The notes under the pieces: generated by a model
What the model saw: only the letters and a program-made list of their open reading frames with translations
The model's database searches: none
What the model was told of the DNA's origin: nothing
Made by a program: the position numbers and the translations under genes
NCBI GenBank assembly: GCA_000146045.2
Contig: BK006948.2
Span: 576,001-640,000 of the forward strand
From: TPA_inf: Saccharomyces
Taxonomy: Eukaryota
Reading direction: 5' to 3'
DNA: 64,000 bases
In this document: piece after piece, positions 10,981 to 23,400 of the stretch
Numbering within the stretch: the stretch's first letter is position 1
Layout: the number at the start of each line of letters is the position of its first letter

Positions 10981-13281
10981 ATGAGTGAAGAGGAAACGGT
11001 CTCAGCCCCAGCTCCAGCTTCTACACCGGCCCCGGCTGGAACCGATGTAGGTAGTGGTGGAGCAGCAGCTGGAATAGCTAATGCTGGTGCTGAAGGCGGC
11101 GACGGTGCCGAGGATGTTAAGAAACATGGGTCGAAGATGCTAGTGGGGCCCAGGCCGCCACAAAATGCGATATTCATCCATAAGCTATACCAGATTCTGG
11201 AGGACGAATCGCTACACGACTTGATATGGTGGACCCCTTCGGGCTTATCCTTCATGATTAAGCCTGTGGAACGGTTTAGTAAGGCTTTGGCTACATATTT
11301 CAAGCATACTAATATCACGAGCTTTGTAAGACAGTTGAACATTTACGGCTTTCACAAGGTGTCGCATGATCATAGCAGCAACGACGCTAATAGTGGCGAC
11401 GACGCCAATACTAATGATGACAGCAATACTCACGATGATAATAGTGGCAACAAAAACAGTAGTGGCGACGAAAATACCGGTGGCGGTGTCCAAGAAAAGG
11501 AGAAAAGTAACCCCACTAAAATCTGGGAATTTAAGCATAGTTCTGGTATTTTCAAGAAAGGTGACATTGAGGGACTCAAACACATTAAGAGAAGAGCTTC
11601 TTCCCGTAATAACTCCTCAATTAACAGTCGAAAGAATTCTAGTAATCAAAACTACGATATAGATTCCGGTGCAAGAGTAAGACCCTCTTCGATTCAAGAC
11701 CCGTCCACCAGTTCCAATTCCTTTGGTAATTTCGTTCCGCAAATTCCGGGCGCCAATAACTCTATCCCCGAGTACTTTAATAACTCTCATGTAACTTACG
11801 AAAACGCAAACCATGCCCCGCTGGAATCCAATAACCCGGAAATGCAAGAGCAAAACAGACCTCCGAACTTTCAAGATGAAACACTGAAACATTTGAAAGA
11901 AATAAATTTTGATATGGTTAAGATTATAGAGTCTATGCAGCATTTCATATCTTTGCAACACAGTTTTTGTTCACAGAGTTTCACCTTCAAGAATGTGAGC
12001 AAGAAAAAATCGGAAAATATCGTGAAGGATCACCAAAAGCAACTTCAGGCATTCGAAAGCGATATGTTAACTTTCAAACAGCACGTCATGTCGAGGGCCC
12101 ACCGTACAATAGATTCTCTTTGTGCTGTAAATGCTGCCGCTACCGCTGCCTCTGTCGCCCCTGCACCCGCGCCCACATCCACATCTGCATATGCACCCAA
12201 ATCTCAGTATGAGATGATGGTTCCTCCAGGGAACCAGTATGTCCCGCAGAAATCTTCCTCGACCACGAACATCCCTTCGAGATTCAACACGGCTTCAGTG
12301 CCGCCCTCGCAACTTTTTGTACAATACCAACCGCAGTCGCAACAACATGTGACTTATGCGAAGCAACCGGCACATGTACCAAACTTTATCAATCAGCCGA
12401 TACCCATCCAACAACTACCTCCACAATATGCAGACACTTTTAGCACTCCACAAATGATGCACAATCCTTTTGCCTCGAAAAATAACAACAAACCGGGCAA
12501 CACGAAGAGGACCAATAGTGTTCTCATGGACCCGCTGACTCCCGCAGCGAGTGTTGGAGTTCAGGGTCCACTAAACTATCCTATCATGAATATTAATCCT
12601 TCTGTCCGTGACTACAACAAGCCTGTCCCTCAAAATATGGCTCCGAGTCCAATATATCCTATTAATGAACCAACAACGAGATTGTATTCTCAACCAAAAA
12701 TGAGAAGTCTCGGGTCTACAAGCTCTTTGCCCAACGATAGAAGAAACAGTCCTCTGAAGCTGACACCGAGATCATCGTTGAATGAAGATAGTCTGTATCC
12801 CAAACCTAGAAACTCTCTCAAATCCAGTATTTCGGGCACGTCTTTATCCTCCTCTTTTACACTAGTTGCCAACAATCCAGCCCCAATTCGGTACTCTCAG
12901 CAGGGATTGCTTCGCTCATTAAACAAAGCTGCTAATTGTGCTCCAGATTCGGTAACTCCATTAGACTCGTCTGTCTTGACGGGCCCTCCTCCAAAAAACA
13001 TGGACAATCTTCCTGCTGTTTCTTCAAATTTAATAAACTCCCCCATGAACGTCGAGCACAGCTCAAGCCTATCACAAGCAGAACCTGCACCACAAATAGA
13101 ACTACCGCAGCCATCTTTGCCCACAACGAGCACCACTAAGAATACTGGCGAGGCTGACAATAGTAAGAGAAAAGGGAGCGGTGTTTATTCTTTACTGAAT
13201 CAAGAGGATAGCAGCACGTCCAGTGCTGATCCTAAAACTGAAGATAAGGCCGCTCCGGCACTCAAAAAGGTTAAGATGTGA
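10981..13281 (+). CDS. SFL1: HSF-type DNA-binding transcriptional repressor/activator, 766 aa
   Basis: Heat-shock-factor-type DNA-binding domain (…FIHKLYQILEDESLHDLIWWTPSGLSFMIKPVERFSKALATYFKHTNITSFVRQLNIYGFHKV…). The rest of the protein is long, low-complexity and S/N/P/Q-rich. Confidence 0.85.
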   Translation: MSEEETVSAPAPASTPAPAGTDVGSGGAAAGIANAGAEGGDGAEDVKKHGSKMLVGPRPPQNAIFIHKLYQILEDESLHDLIWWTPSGLSFMIKPVERFSKALATYFKHTNITSFVRQLNIYGFHKVSHDHSSNDANSGDDANTNDDSNTHDDNSGNKNSSGDENTGGGVQEKEKSNPTKIWEFKHSSGIFKKGDIEGLKHIKRRASSRNNSSINSRKNSSNQNYDIDSGARVRPSSIQDPSTSSNSFGNFVPQIPGANNSIPEYFNNSHVTYENANHAPLESNNPEMQEQNRPPNFQDETLKHLKEINFDMVKIIESMQHFISLQHSFCSQSFTFKNVSKKKSENIVKDHQKQLQAFESDMLTFKQHVMSRAHRTIDSLCAVNAAATAASVAPAPAPTSTSAYAPKSQYEMMVPPGNQYVPQKSSSTTNIPSRFNTASVPPSQLFVQYQPQSQQHVTYAKQPAHVPNFINQPIPIQQLPPQYADTFSTPQMMHNPFASKNNNKPGNTKRTNSVLMDPLTPAASVGVQGPLNYPIMNINPSVRDYNKPVPQNMAPSPIYPINEPTTRLYSQPKMRSLGSTSSLPNDRRNSPLKLTPRSSLNEDSLYPKPRNSLKSSISGTSLSSSFTLVANNPAPIRYSQQGLLRSLNKAANCAPDSVTPLDSSVLTGPPPKNMDNLPAVSSNLINSPMNVEHSSSLSQAEPAPQIELPQPSLPTTSTTKNTGEADNSKRKGSGVYSLLNQEDSSTSSADPKTEDKAAPALKKVKM

Positions 13282-13941
13282 TCTTTGCCTTTTTAATCTC
13301 TAGTTGTCTAAAAGTTCAAAGCACCTCACTGTATGTTTATTACCTTTGTTCCAATTACTTTTGTTTCAATTACTTTTGTTTCATTTCATTTTAGGTATCC
13401 CAACGGGTAATCATTGTTATTTATTTTATTCACTTTTTTTTCTTTTCCTCCTGATCCTTGTGATTATAACTATATTTTTACCAACTCCGGTAGTTGTTTT
13501 ATTAAGTTTTCATCACACTAAATTGTATTTTCCACTTTCATTTCCACCTTCCTTTCCCCTACCTCCCTTCAATTCGTATCATAATACCGCCCGTTCTTTC
13601 TAGTATATCACAGAATAGCTACGGGGTATTGTCTCATAAACAGAAAAATGCACCTTTCGATAAACTTCCTGTACAATAATTCTATAAGTATATATGTATG
13701 TTTGCTATTAAACAACCATCACAAAAAGACACCTTATTCTTTATGGACGCCTTCAAGTTGTGCTCCTATTCTGTAGTTGTTGCACCATGCATGTTACCAT
13801 CATAGCCGTCTAAGCGGGACTATTTCCTTTTGTTAACACCTATACTAATTAAACAGCTGGGGAAATTTTTATTCTATGCTTCGTTGATGTCTGCAAAGAC
13901 CTTTCAGAAAAAAAGATAACAAAAACTTCCATATGCATATC

Positions 13942-16587
13942 CTAGTACGTGAAAATACATTTATATTGTAAGATTCTACTCCCGTGAACATCCCAATCGC
14001 TGTTCGTAATAAACAGTTCTTCGACAAGTTTAATTTGCGCCAAAACGCTCGCACCTTTCCAAATTATTAGAGCGGGATTCATATCACGTGGTGGTGGGAT
14101 AATGCTCACTGGAAAAATGTGTTCGTTACCATTTTGGTGCTCAATATTTTGATGTTGCTCTTCCAGCTCTTCTACAATCTTTTCCTTGATTTGGGCTTGC
14201 AAAATTTGCTTGTTTTCATCTTCAGTCTTGTCAGGGGCATTTACATAATGACCTTCTAAATCTTTGATTTCTTTAGTCAGTTTTTTGTAAAATTGCGGGA
14301 ACGATGCCGAACTCAACAAAGAGGGCCTCCAAATGTTGATTCTATCAGTTAAAATAAAATCTAAAGCAGGTATTTTGGAACTGCCACCAACGATAAGAAT
14401 ATTCGAATAAAATGAGTTCATTCTTGTTACATCAGCTGTTATAGATGCATTGGCGATACTTTGAACGATAGCCTTTTCTAAAGGTGCAAAATTTTCCTTT
14501 AGAGTATTTCCATAGTTTTCAGGCTTATCCTGGAGTTGATCAATTATGTTATGGGCATCTAATATTCTGTTTAAGATCTTGAGATCGTCATTCAAATCAC
14601 AATACAAATTTCCCTCTTTGCTTTCGAATTGTGACAAGGAGTTCCAGTCATTCAATTCGTTTGTAAAGAGGTCACGAGATTCAGGCAACTGAAATTCTAG
14701 GCTGGAATTCTTGTGAGAGGAAGTTCGTATCAACTTGAAAATTTGTGGGAAAAATAAGGCCAATGGTGCTAACATAACTTCGTCGAACAGCTTGAATTCG
14801 TACTTTTCAGTCGGCTGATTGGGTGAGCGGTTCATAAAATTGTACAACTGAACGGCAACATCAGCATCTTGGAAAGTGGTGAAATTTTTCTTCAGCCGTT
14901 CAGCAAGAAGCCATCCATGTTTAGAATCGATCTTCCAATCCTGTAGGGGGAAATCACTTTGTAGCAAAAATAGAGCGAAGAGCCTTGTAATATCATCTCC
15001 ACCATAATCTAACGTAATTGCACTATGTTCCAAAACTGTTCCTTCATCAACACAGGCGATCCTGGTTTCAGCAGCGCCTATATTTACTACGCATGTGGAG
15101 GTACTGATCCCGGCACCGTAACAAGTCGCTAATGATTCTTGTATAATAGCGACTGCTTGAAATTGTAACTCGGTGAGTAGAACTCTAATGAACGTCTCTA
15201 CGTGACTTTTCTTGAATATGTCTGGTATCACCAACACGACCTTGTACTGATTAAATTTGGTAGGCTTAACGTTTAAAGTCTCTGAGTTAAGTGCATGCTC
15301 CAAAAGCTTGGTAACGTCTGAGATTAATTCTGCCAACGATTTATAATATGGTGACTTGACATTAAAAGAGCCACCTCTGAAAGGCTTTCTAATAACAAAT
15401 TTTTCGTCCACGCACCTCAATGCATCTGAACCATAGTATAATTTTGAGTCATCAAATATCCATTCTATAGGAGATGGATCATTTTTCTCTGAAATAATCT
15501 CAGGTTTGGAATTTTCATTGAAAGATACTACCTGTTCGTGAGCATTACCTGGTACCTTTCTTTTATAATACCTCATACGTTCTCTAAAATTCTTTTCCAT
15601 CTCCGACTTTATGTTGTTAAACTCTTCTGACTGTTCTCTTTGAAGGCAAACGTTTTCAACATGTTCACTATTTTCAAGATCCAGCCATTTTTTAGGTACC
15701 GCTACACAATTTGGAACTACGACAGGATGGTCATCTTTGGGAAATCCTATCTTTATAGAATTTGATCCAGGATGTATCACGATAGTTGCTGTTGGATCAT
15801 TTAGATCTATCTCGTCATTAAGTGGTGCTGCACTCGCTTCTGAGTGGGGCAAACTCTTTAAATCTATAACATCTGGTGTGTTGGTACTAGATATTTGGCT
15901 AGTGTTGTTATTTCTCAAAAATTTTCTATCTCTAAGTGCAAATATTTGATCGTCTTTTTTCAGATAATCTGATGAGTAGTTTTTTTGGTTGATTAACATT
16001 AAAGGTTGGAACAGGCCAGTGGCAGGTAAAGTAGTTGTCTCCACTTTCTCAATGCCAATTTTTTTCAACGTCTTGGCAAATTCTTCAGCAGCTTTAATAC
16101 GTCCTAGTCTCCTCTTCTCCAAAAGATGTAGCGGGACTTTCTTCCCGGGAGGTGCTTTTGCGGGATCTAGCTTCGGATATTTCTTATAACGTTTACTAGT
16201 CTGCACAGCAGGTGGTGCCCTCTTATCTCTAGAGCTCCCTAATTCATTTTCATTTTCGTTGGCATTATCATTATCATTTTCGTCCTCATTGTCAACATCA
16301 TTGTCGTCTTCGTCTTCATCTTCGTCTTCCCCTTCTTCATCTTCATCTTCTTCGTCTGCAACGTCTCTTGGGTCAACAGAAAGACCTGTTACACTTCTGG
16401 GTGTCTCAGATCCAACTACGTTATCGACACTATCGTCTGACTCATTCTCCGCATTTTCTTGATCCGCCTGGCTGCTTAAAGGTACGCTATTTTCTTCTTC
16501 CAGTTCATCCTCATCGTCATCATCCTCTAACGGAATATCAATGGGTTCCTCATAAATAATACTGGATTCTGCTTCTTCTTGCGACAT
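13942..16587 (-). CDS. ARP8: Actin-related protein 8 (INO80 complex subunit), 881 aa
   Basis: Actin-fold segments (…TIVIHPGSNSIKIGF…, …VVLVIPDIF…, …ILIVGGSSKIPAL…). Long acidic D/E-rich N-terminal extension. The 881 aa length matches. Confidence 0.85.
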   Translation of the reverse strand: MSQEEAESSIIYEEPIDIPLEDDDDEDELEEENSVPLSSQADQENAENESDDSVDNVVGSETPRSVTGLSVDPRDVADEEDEDEEGEDEDEDEDDNDVDNEDENDNDNANENENELGSSRDKRAPPAVQTSKRYKKYPKLDPAKAPPGKKVPLHLLEKRRLGRIKAAEEFAKTLKKIGIEKVETTTLPATGLFQPLMLINQKNYSSDYLKKDDQIFALRDRKFLRNNNTSQISSTNTPDVIDLKSLPHSEASAAPLNDEIDLNDPTATIVIHPGSNSIKIGFPKDDHPVVVPNCVAVPKKWLDLENSEHVENVCLQREQSEEFNNIKSEMEKNFRERMRYYKRKVPGNAHEQVVSFNENSKPEIISEKNDPSPIEWIFDDSKLYYGSDALRCVDEKFVIRKPFRGGSFNVKSPYYKSLAELISDVTKLLEHALNSETLNVKPTKFNQYKVVLVIPDIFKKSHVETFIRVLLTELQFQAVAIIQESLATCYGAGISTSTCVVNIGAAETRIACVDEGTVLEHSAITLDYGGDDITRLFALFLLQSDFPLQDWKIDSKHGWLLAERLKKNFTTFQDADVAVQLYNFMNRSPNQPTEKYEFKLFDEVMLAPLALFFPQIFKLIRTSSHKNSSLEFQLPESRDLFTNELNDWNSLSQFESKEGNLYCDLNDDLKILNRILDAHNIIDQLQDKPENYGNTLKENFAPLEKAIVQSIANASITADVTRMNSFYSNILIVGGSSKIPALDFILTDRINIWRPSLLSSASFPQFYKKLTKEIKDLEGHYVNAPDKTEDENKQILQAQIKEKIVEELEEQHQNIEHQNGNEHIFPVSIIPPPRDMNPALIIWKGASVLAQIKLVEELFITNSDWDVHGSRILQYKCIFTY

Positions 16588-17056
16588 GTTAGGTGCGATT
16601 GTATCCCTGTATTTATGTACTATTGACTAGTAATTTACCTGAAAGTGTTTGCTACTTCGTGGGCGTTCATCATCTCCATTTATTCATATTGCCATTCTCA
16701 AATAAGTCATCTTGCACGGCCCAACCAGCGGCTGGATAACGGATCTACCCCAACCTCGGACCCAAAGTTGCTGCTATAAAAACAGAAACAAAAAAGGCGT
16801 TTCTCGAGACTGATATCCAGATGGTAATAGAGCCCTTAAGTGCTTTGCAATTGTCAATTAAGTATCCTTGTTCGAGAGTTGTTCACAGCACACTGCGTAT
16901 ATATAGGCTTACCACAGTTGGATTTAATCAAGCGATATAAAAGCTGGAAGGAGACAAGTTTCCCCTAATTGTTGTTCTGTTTGTTACTTACCACTCTATA
17001 TACGTTCGATTTCATAGAAAATTTCTTTTGCAGACCATTTATTCTTCAGTTTGATA

Positions 17057-18046
17057 ATGTTAAGATCTACCGTTTCAAAAGCTTCTCTCAAAATTTGTCG
17101 TCACTTTCACAGAGAATCTATTCCTTACGATAAGACGATCAAAAATTTGCTGCTTCCCAAGGACACCAAGGTGATCTTTCAGGGGTTCACAGGTAAACAA
17201 GGTACTTTTCATGCCAGCATCTCTCAAGAATATGGTACAAATGTTGTGGGTGGTACGAACCCAAAAAAGGCGGGTCAAACACATTTAGGCCAACCTGTCT
17301 TTGCCTCTGTGAAGGACGCGATTAAGGAGACTGGAGCCACTGCCAGTGCCATCTTTGTTCCTCCACCGATCGCAGCTGCTGCCATTAAAGAATCTATTGA
17401 AGCTGAAATTCCGTTAGCTGTATGTATCACTGAAGGTATTCCTCAACATGACATGTTATACATTGCAGAAATGTTGCAGACACAAGATAAAACAAGATTA
17501 GTTGGGCCCAACTGCCCTGGTATCATTAACCCAGCAACAAAGGTAAGAATTGGTATCCAGCCCCCAAAAATTTTTCAAGCTGGTAAAATCGGTATTATTT
17601 CCAGATCGGGAACTTTGACATACGAAGCTGTTCAGCAAACTACAAAAACTGACCTTGGTCAATCACTGGTTATTGGTATGGGTGGTGATGCTTTTCCCGG
17701 TACTGATTTTATTGACGCCTTGAAATTATTTCTAGAAGATGAAACTACAGAAGGTATTATTATGTTAGGTGAAATAGGTGGTAAGGCCGAAATCGAAGCT
17801 GCTCAATTTCTCAAAGAATACAACTTTAGCAGGAGTAAGCCGATGCCGGTGGCATCTTTCATCGCAGGAACTGTTGCTGGTCAAATGAAAGGTGTTAGAA
17901 TGGGTCACTCCGGTGCAATTGTAGAAGGATCTGGAACTGATGCAGAATCCAAAAAACAAGCTTTGAGAGATGTTGGTGTTGCCGTCGTTGAATCTCCAGG
18001 TTACTTAGGTCAAGCTTTACTGGATCAATTTGCCAAATTTAAATGA
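17057..18046 (+). CDS. LSC1: Succinyl-CoA ligase alpha subunit, mitochondrial, 329 aa
   Basis: CoA-binding/ligase alpha motifs (…[10 protein letters not shown]…, …SRSGTLTYE…, …GHSGAIV…). The track ORF begins at 17051 (MIMLRS…). I recall the native protein starting MLRSTVSK at the second ATG, so the start is placed at 17057. Confidence 0.85.
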   Translation: MLRSTVSKASLKICRHFHRESIPYDKTIKNLLLPKDTKVIFQGFTGKQGTFHASISQEYGTNVVGGTNPKKAGQTHLGQPVFASVKDAIKETGATASAIFVPPPIAAAAIKESIEAEIPLAVCITEGIPQHDMLYIAEMLQTQDKTRLVGPNCPGIINPATKVRIGIQPPKIFQAGKIGIISRSGTLTYEAVQQTTKTDLGQSLVIGMGGDAFPGTDFIDALKLFLEDETTEGIIMLGEIGGKAEIEAAQFLKEYNFSRSKPMPVASFIAGTVAGQMKGVRMGHSGAIVEGSGTDAESKKQALRDVGVAVVESPGYLGQALLDQFAKFK

Positions 18047-18353
18047 TTATATTAGGAAGAGAATGAACTGCTTTCAAAAGAGGAAGACTTCTATGTCTCG
18101 ATTATTGCTTAGACAAGTATGGAGCTGACATCCGTTTTCTTTTCAGAGCTTTTACTCAACATTCTATGTTAATTTTTCCCTTTGTATATATTCATTTATC
18201 CTTATAAATTCTACTAAAAATCTTTTAATAGTGTTTGTATTTAATGTTCTTCTTAACAAGGGTATACATAAAGGTTGATTAAAGCTTAATAATTGAAATG
18301 GAAAAAAAAATAACAAAACGTCTGAATTTCCTAGTCTGTTTTGCAAAAACAGA

Positions 18354-18425
18354 TGCGCAAGCCGGGAATCGAACCCGGGCCTCATGCTTGGGAAGCATAA
18401 ATTCTAACCACTGAACCACTTGCGC
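18354..18425 (-). tRNA. tRNA-Gly, anticodon CCC
   Basis: The minus-strand sequence folds as a cloverleaf: GCGCAAGTGGTTCAGTGGTTAGAATTTATGCTTCCCAAGCATGAGGCCCGGGTTCGATTCCCGGCTTGCGCA. The acceptor stem GCGCAAG/CTTGCGC has 7 bp. The A box is TGGTTCAGTGG and the B box GGTTCGATTCC. The anticodon loop TTCCCAA gives CCC. A T5 Pol III terminator follows immediately downstream (plus-strand aaaaa at 18345-18349). Confidence 0.9.
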
Positions 18426-18511
18426 GTTTCAATCAATTTGGGAAGACTCAGCACGTTATATACTATTAATGAAAAATTTCCTTCTTAGTAATGACACTGA
18501 TAAATAGGTAA

Positions 18512-18820
18512 GTGTTGGAATTAAAATCAACTATCGTCTAACAACTAGTAGTCACACTACCAATATATTATCATACACGGTGTTAGACGATGACATAAGA
18601 TATGAGAAACTGTCATCGAAGTTAGACGAAGCTGAAATGCAAGGATTGATAACGTAATAGGATAATAAAACATATAGAACAGAAGGAGAAATAATCATAG
18701 TATTATTATGTAGAAATATAGATTCCTTTTTGAGGACTCCTATATCCTCGAGGAGAACTACACATAATATTATATATAACCTTTGCCAAAAAAAGGAATG
18801 CCAAAAATTATCAAACTATT
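18512..18820 (+). repeat. Diverged solo Ty1/Ty2-type delta LTR, 3'-truncated by the Ty1 insertion
   Basis: It begins tgttggaattaaaatcaactatcgtctaacaac… and is collinear with the Ty1 LTR, with many substitutions. It runs directly into the 5' LTR of the full-length element and lies ~90 bp upstream of the tRNA-Gly 5' end. Confidence 0.7.
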
Positions 18821-19152
18821 TGTTGGAATAAAAATCCACTATCGTCTATCAACTAATAGTTATATTATCAATATATTATCATATACGGTGTTAAGATGAT
18901 GACATAAGTTATGAGAAGCTGTCATCGAAGTTAGAGGAAGCTGAAGTGCAAGGATTGATAATGTAATAGGATAATGAAACATATAAAACGGAATGAGGAA
19001 TAATCGTAATATTAGTATGTAGAAATATAGATTCCATTTTGAGGATTCCTATATCCTCGAGGAGAACTTCTAGTATATTCTGTATACCTAATATTATAGC
19101 CTTTATCAACAATGGAATCCCAACAATTATCTAATTACCCACATATATCTCA
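18821..19152 (+). repeat. Ty1 5' LTR (delta), 332 bp
   Basis: tgttggaataaaaatccactatcgtc … cccacatatatctca, ending immediately before the PBS tggtagcgcc. The TYA ATG at 19112 lies inside the LTR, as expected for Ty1. Confidence 0.9.
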
Positions 19153-20434
19153 TGGTAGCGCCTGTGCTTCGGTTACTTCTAAGGAAGTCCACACAAATCA
19201 AGATCCGTTAGACGTTTCAGCTTCCAAAATTCAAGAATATGATAAGGCTTCCACTAAGGCTAACTCTCAACAGACAACAACACCTGCTTCATCAGCTGTT
19301 CCAGAGAACCCCCATCATGCCTCTCCTCAACCTGCTTCAGTACCACCTCCACAGAATGGGCCGTACCCACAGCAGTGCATGATGACCCAAAACCAAGCCA
19401 ATCCATCTGGTTGGTCATTTTACGGACACCCATCTATGATTCCGTATACACCTTATCAAATGTCGCCTATGTACTTTCCACCTGGGCCACAATCACAGTT
19501 TCCGCAGTATCCATCATCAGTTGGAACGCCTCTGAGCACTCCATCACCTGAGTCAGGTAATACATTTACTGATTCATCCTCAGCGGACTCTGATATGACA
19601 TCCACTAAAAAATATGTCAGACCACCACCAATGTTAACCTCACCTAATGACTTTCCAAATTGGGTTAAAACATACATCAAATTTTTACAAAACTCGAATC
19701 TCGGTGGTATTATTCCGACAGTAAACGGAAAACCCGTACGTCCGATCACTGATGATGAACTCACCTTCTTGTATAACACTTTTCAAATATTTGCTCCCTC
19801 TCAATTCCTACCTACCTGGGTCAAAGACATCCTATCCGTTGATTATACGGATATCATGAAAATTCTTTCCAAAAGTATTGAAAAAATGCAATCTGATACC
19901 CAAGAGGCAAACGACATTGTGACCCTGGCAAATTTGCAATATAATGGCAGTACACCTGCAGATGCATTTGAAACAAAAGTCACAAACATTATCGACAGAC
20001 TGAACAATAATGGCATTCATATCAATAACAAGGTCGCATGTCAATTAATTATGAGAGGTCTATCTGGCGAATATAAATTTTTACGCTACACACGTCATCG
20101 ACATCTAAATATGACAGTCGCTGAACTGTTCTTAGATATCCATGCTATTTATGAAGAACAACAGGGATCGAGAAACAGCAAACCTAATTACAGGAGAAAT
20201 CCGAGTGATGAGAAGAATGATTCTCGCAGCTATACGAATACAACCAAACCCAAAGTTATAGCTCGGAATCCTCAAAAAACAAATAATTCGAAATCGAAAA
20301 CAGCCAGGGCTCACAATGTATCCACATCTAATAACTCTCCCAGCACGGACAACGATTCCATCAGTAAATCAACTACTGAACCGATTCAATTGAACAATAA
20401 GCACGACCTTCATCTTAGGCCAGAAACTTACTGA
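19112..20434 (+). CDS. TYA: Ty1 TYA (Gag capsid protein), 440 aa
   Basis: [48 protein letters not shown]… is a typical Ty1 Gag. The stop at 20432-20434 is just downstream of the frameshift heptamer. Confidence 0.95.
19153..19162 (+). promoter_or_regulatory. Ty1 minus-strand primer-binding site (complementary to the initiator tRNA-Met 3' end)
   Basis: tggtagcgcc directly after the 5' LTR. Confidence 0.85.
20414..20420 (+). promoter_or_regulatory. Ty1 +1 programmed ribosomal frameshift heptamer CUU-AGG-C
   Basis: cttaggc in the TYA frame, 14 nt before the TYA stop. The +1 frame (frame 0) is open from here to 24380. Confidence 0.9.
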
Positions 20435-23400
20435 ATCTACAGTAAATCATACTAATCATTCTGATGATGAACTCCCTGGACACCTCCTTCTCGATTCAGG
20501 AGCATCACGAACCCTTATAAGATCTGCTCATCACATACACTCAGCATCATCTAATCCTGACATAAACGTAGTTGATGCTCAAAAAAGAAATATACCAATT
20601 AACGCTATTGGTGACCTACAATTTCACTTCCAGGACAACACCAAAACATCAATAAAGGTATTGCACACTCCTAACATAGCCTATGACTTACTCAGTTTGA
20701 ATGAATTGGCTGCAGTAGATATCACAGCATGCTTTACCAAAAACGTCTTAGAACGGTCTGACGGCACTGTACTTGCACCTATCGTAAAATATGGAGACTT
20801 TTACTGGGTATCTAAAAAGTACTTGCTTCCATCAAATATCTCCGTACCCACCATCAATAATGTCCATACAAGTGAAAGTACACGCAAATATCCTTATCCT
20901 TTCATTCATCGAATGCTTGCGCATGCCAATGCACAGACAATTCGATACTCACTTAAAAATAACACCATCACGTATTTTAACGAATCAGATGTCGACTGGT
21001 CTAGTGCTATTGACTATCAATGTCCTGATTGTTTAATCGGCAAAAGCACCAAACACAGACATATCAAAGGTTCACGACTAAAATACCAAAATTCATACGA
21101 ACCCTTTCAATACCTACATACTGACATATTTGGTCCAGTTCACAACCTACCAAAAAGTGCACCATCCTATTTCATCTCATTTACTGATGAGACAACAAAA
21201 TTCCGTTGGGTTTATCCATTACACGACCGTCGCGAGGACTCTATCCTCGATGTTTTTACTACGATACTAGCTTTTATTAAAAACCAGTTTCAGGCCAGTG
21301 TCTTAGTTATACAAATGGACCGTGGTTCTGAGTATACTAACAGAACTCTCCATAAATTCCTTGAAAAAAATGGTATAACTCCATGCTATACAACCACAGC
21401 GGATTCCCGAGCACATGGAGTCGCTGAACGGCTGAACCGTACCTTATTAGATGACTGCCGTACTCAACTGCAATGTAGTGGTTTACCGAACCATTTATGG
21501 TTCTCTGCAATCGAATTTTCTACTATTGTGAGAAATTCACTAGCTTCACCTAAAAGCAAAAAATCTGCAAGACAACATGCTGGCTTGGCAGGACTTGATA
21601 TCAGTACTTTGTTACCTTTCGGTCAACCTGTTATCGTCAATGATCACAACCCTAACTCCAAAATACATCCTCGTGGCATCCCAGGCTACGCTCTACATCC
21701 GTCTCGAAACTCTTATGGATATATCATCTATCTTCCATCCTTAAAGAAGACAGTAGATACAACTAACTATGTTATTCTTCAGGGCAAGGAATCCAGATTA
21801 GATCAATTCAATTACGACGCACTCACTTTCGATGAAGACTTAAACCGTTTAACTGCTTCATATCATTCGTTCATTGCGTCAAATGAGATCCAAGAATCCA
21901 ATGATCTTAACATAGAATCTGACCATGACTTCCAATCCGACATTGAACTACATCCTGAGCAACCGAGAAATGTCCTTTCAAAAGCTGTGAGTCCAACCGA
22001 TTCCACACCTCCGTCAACTCATACTGAAGATTCGAAACGTGTTTCTAAAACCAATATTCGCGCACCCAGAGAAGTTGACCCCAACATATCTGAATCTAAT
22101 ATTCTTCCATCAAAGAAGAGATCTAGCACCCCCCAAATTTCCAATATCGAGAGTACCGGTTCGGGTGGTATGCATAAATTAAATGTTCCTTTACTTGCTC
22201 CCATGTCCCAATCTAACACACATGAGTCGTCGCACGCCAGTAAATCTAAAGATTTCAGACACTCAGACTCGTACAGTGAAAATGAGACTAATCATACAAA
22301 CGTACCAATATCCAGTACGGGTGGTACCAACAACAAAACTGTTCCGCAGATAAGTGACCAAGAGACTGAGAAAAGGATTATACACCGTTCACCTTCAATC
22401 GATGCTTCTCCACCGGAAAATAATTCATCGCACAATATTGTTCCTATCAAAACGCCAACTACTGTTTCTGAACAGAATACCGAGGAATCTATCATCGCTG
22501 ATCTCCCACTCCCTGATCTACCTCCAGAATCTCCTACCGAATTCCCTGACCCATTTAAAGAACTCCCACCGATAAATTCTCGTCAAACTAATTCCAGTTT
22601 GGGTGGTATTGGTGACTCTAATGCCTATACTACTATCAACAGTAAGAAAAGATCATTAGAAGATAATGAAACTGAAATTAAGGTATCACGAGACACATGG
22701 AATACTAAGAATATGCGTAGTTTAGAACCTCCGAGATCGAAGAAACGAATTCACCTGATTGCAGCTGTAAAAGCAGTAAAATCAATCAAACCAATACGAA
22801 CAACCTTACGATACGATGAGGCAATCACCTATAATAAAGATATTAAAGAAAAAGAAAAATATATCGAGGCATACCACAAAGAAGTCAATCAACTGTTGAA
22901 GATGAAAACTTGGGACACTGACAAATATTATGACAGAAAAGAAATAGACCCTAAAAGAGTAATAAATTCAATGTTTATCTTCAACAGGAAACGTGACGGT
23001 ACTCATAAAGCTAGATTTGTTGCAAGAGGTGATATTCAGCATCCTGACACTTACGACTCAGGCATGCAATCCAATACCGTACATCACTATGCATTAATGA
23101 CATCCCTGTCACTTGCATTAGACAATAACTACTATATTACACAATTAGACATATCTTCGGCATATTTGTATGCAGACATCAAAGAAGAATTATACATAAG
23201 ACCTCCACCACATTTAGGAATGAATGATAAGTTGATACGTTTGAAGAAATCACTTTATGGATTGAAACAAAGTGGAGCGAACTGGTACGAAACTATCAAA
23301 TCATACCTGATAAAACAGTGTGGTATGGAAGAAGTTCGTGGATGGTCATGCGTATTTAAGAATAGTCAAGTAACAATTTGCTTATTCGTTGATGATATGA

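Noticed and set aside
10950-11342. 130-codon minus-strand ORF antisense to the SFL1 5' end
   Set aside because: It is antisense to the Ala/Gly-rich start of SFL1 and is a GC-rich-tract artefact. It corresponds to a dubious-ORF position (YOR139C).
17051-17056. LSC1 start two codons upstream (MIMLRS…)
   Set aside because: I recall the native LSC1 protein as 329 aa starting MLRSTVSK. The upstream ATG is in frame, so this is a minor start-site uncertainty, not a separate feature.
18909-19112. 67-codon minus-strand ORF in the Ty1 5' LTR, with its identical twin at 24491-24694 in the 3' LTR
   Set aside because: It is an artefact of the duplicated LTR sequence. Identical copies simply confirm LTR identity. 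It is not a known Ty1 product.
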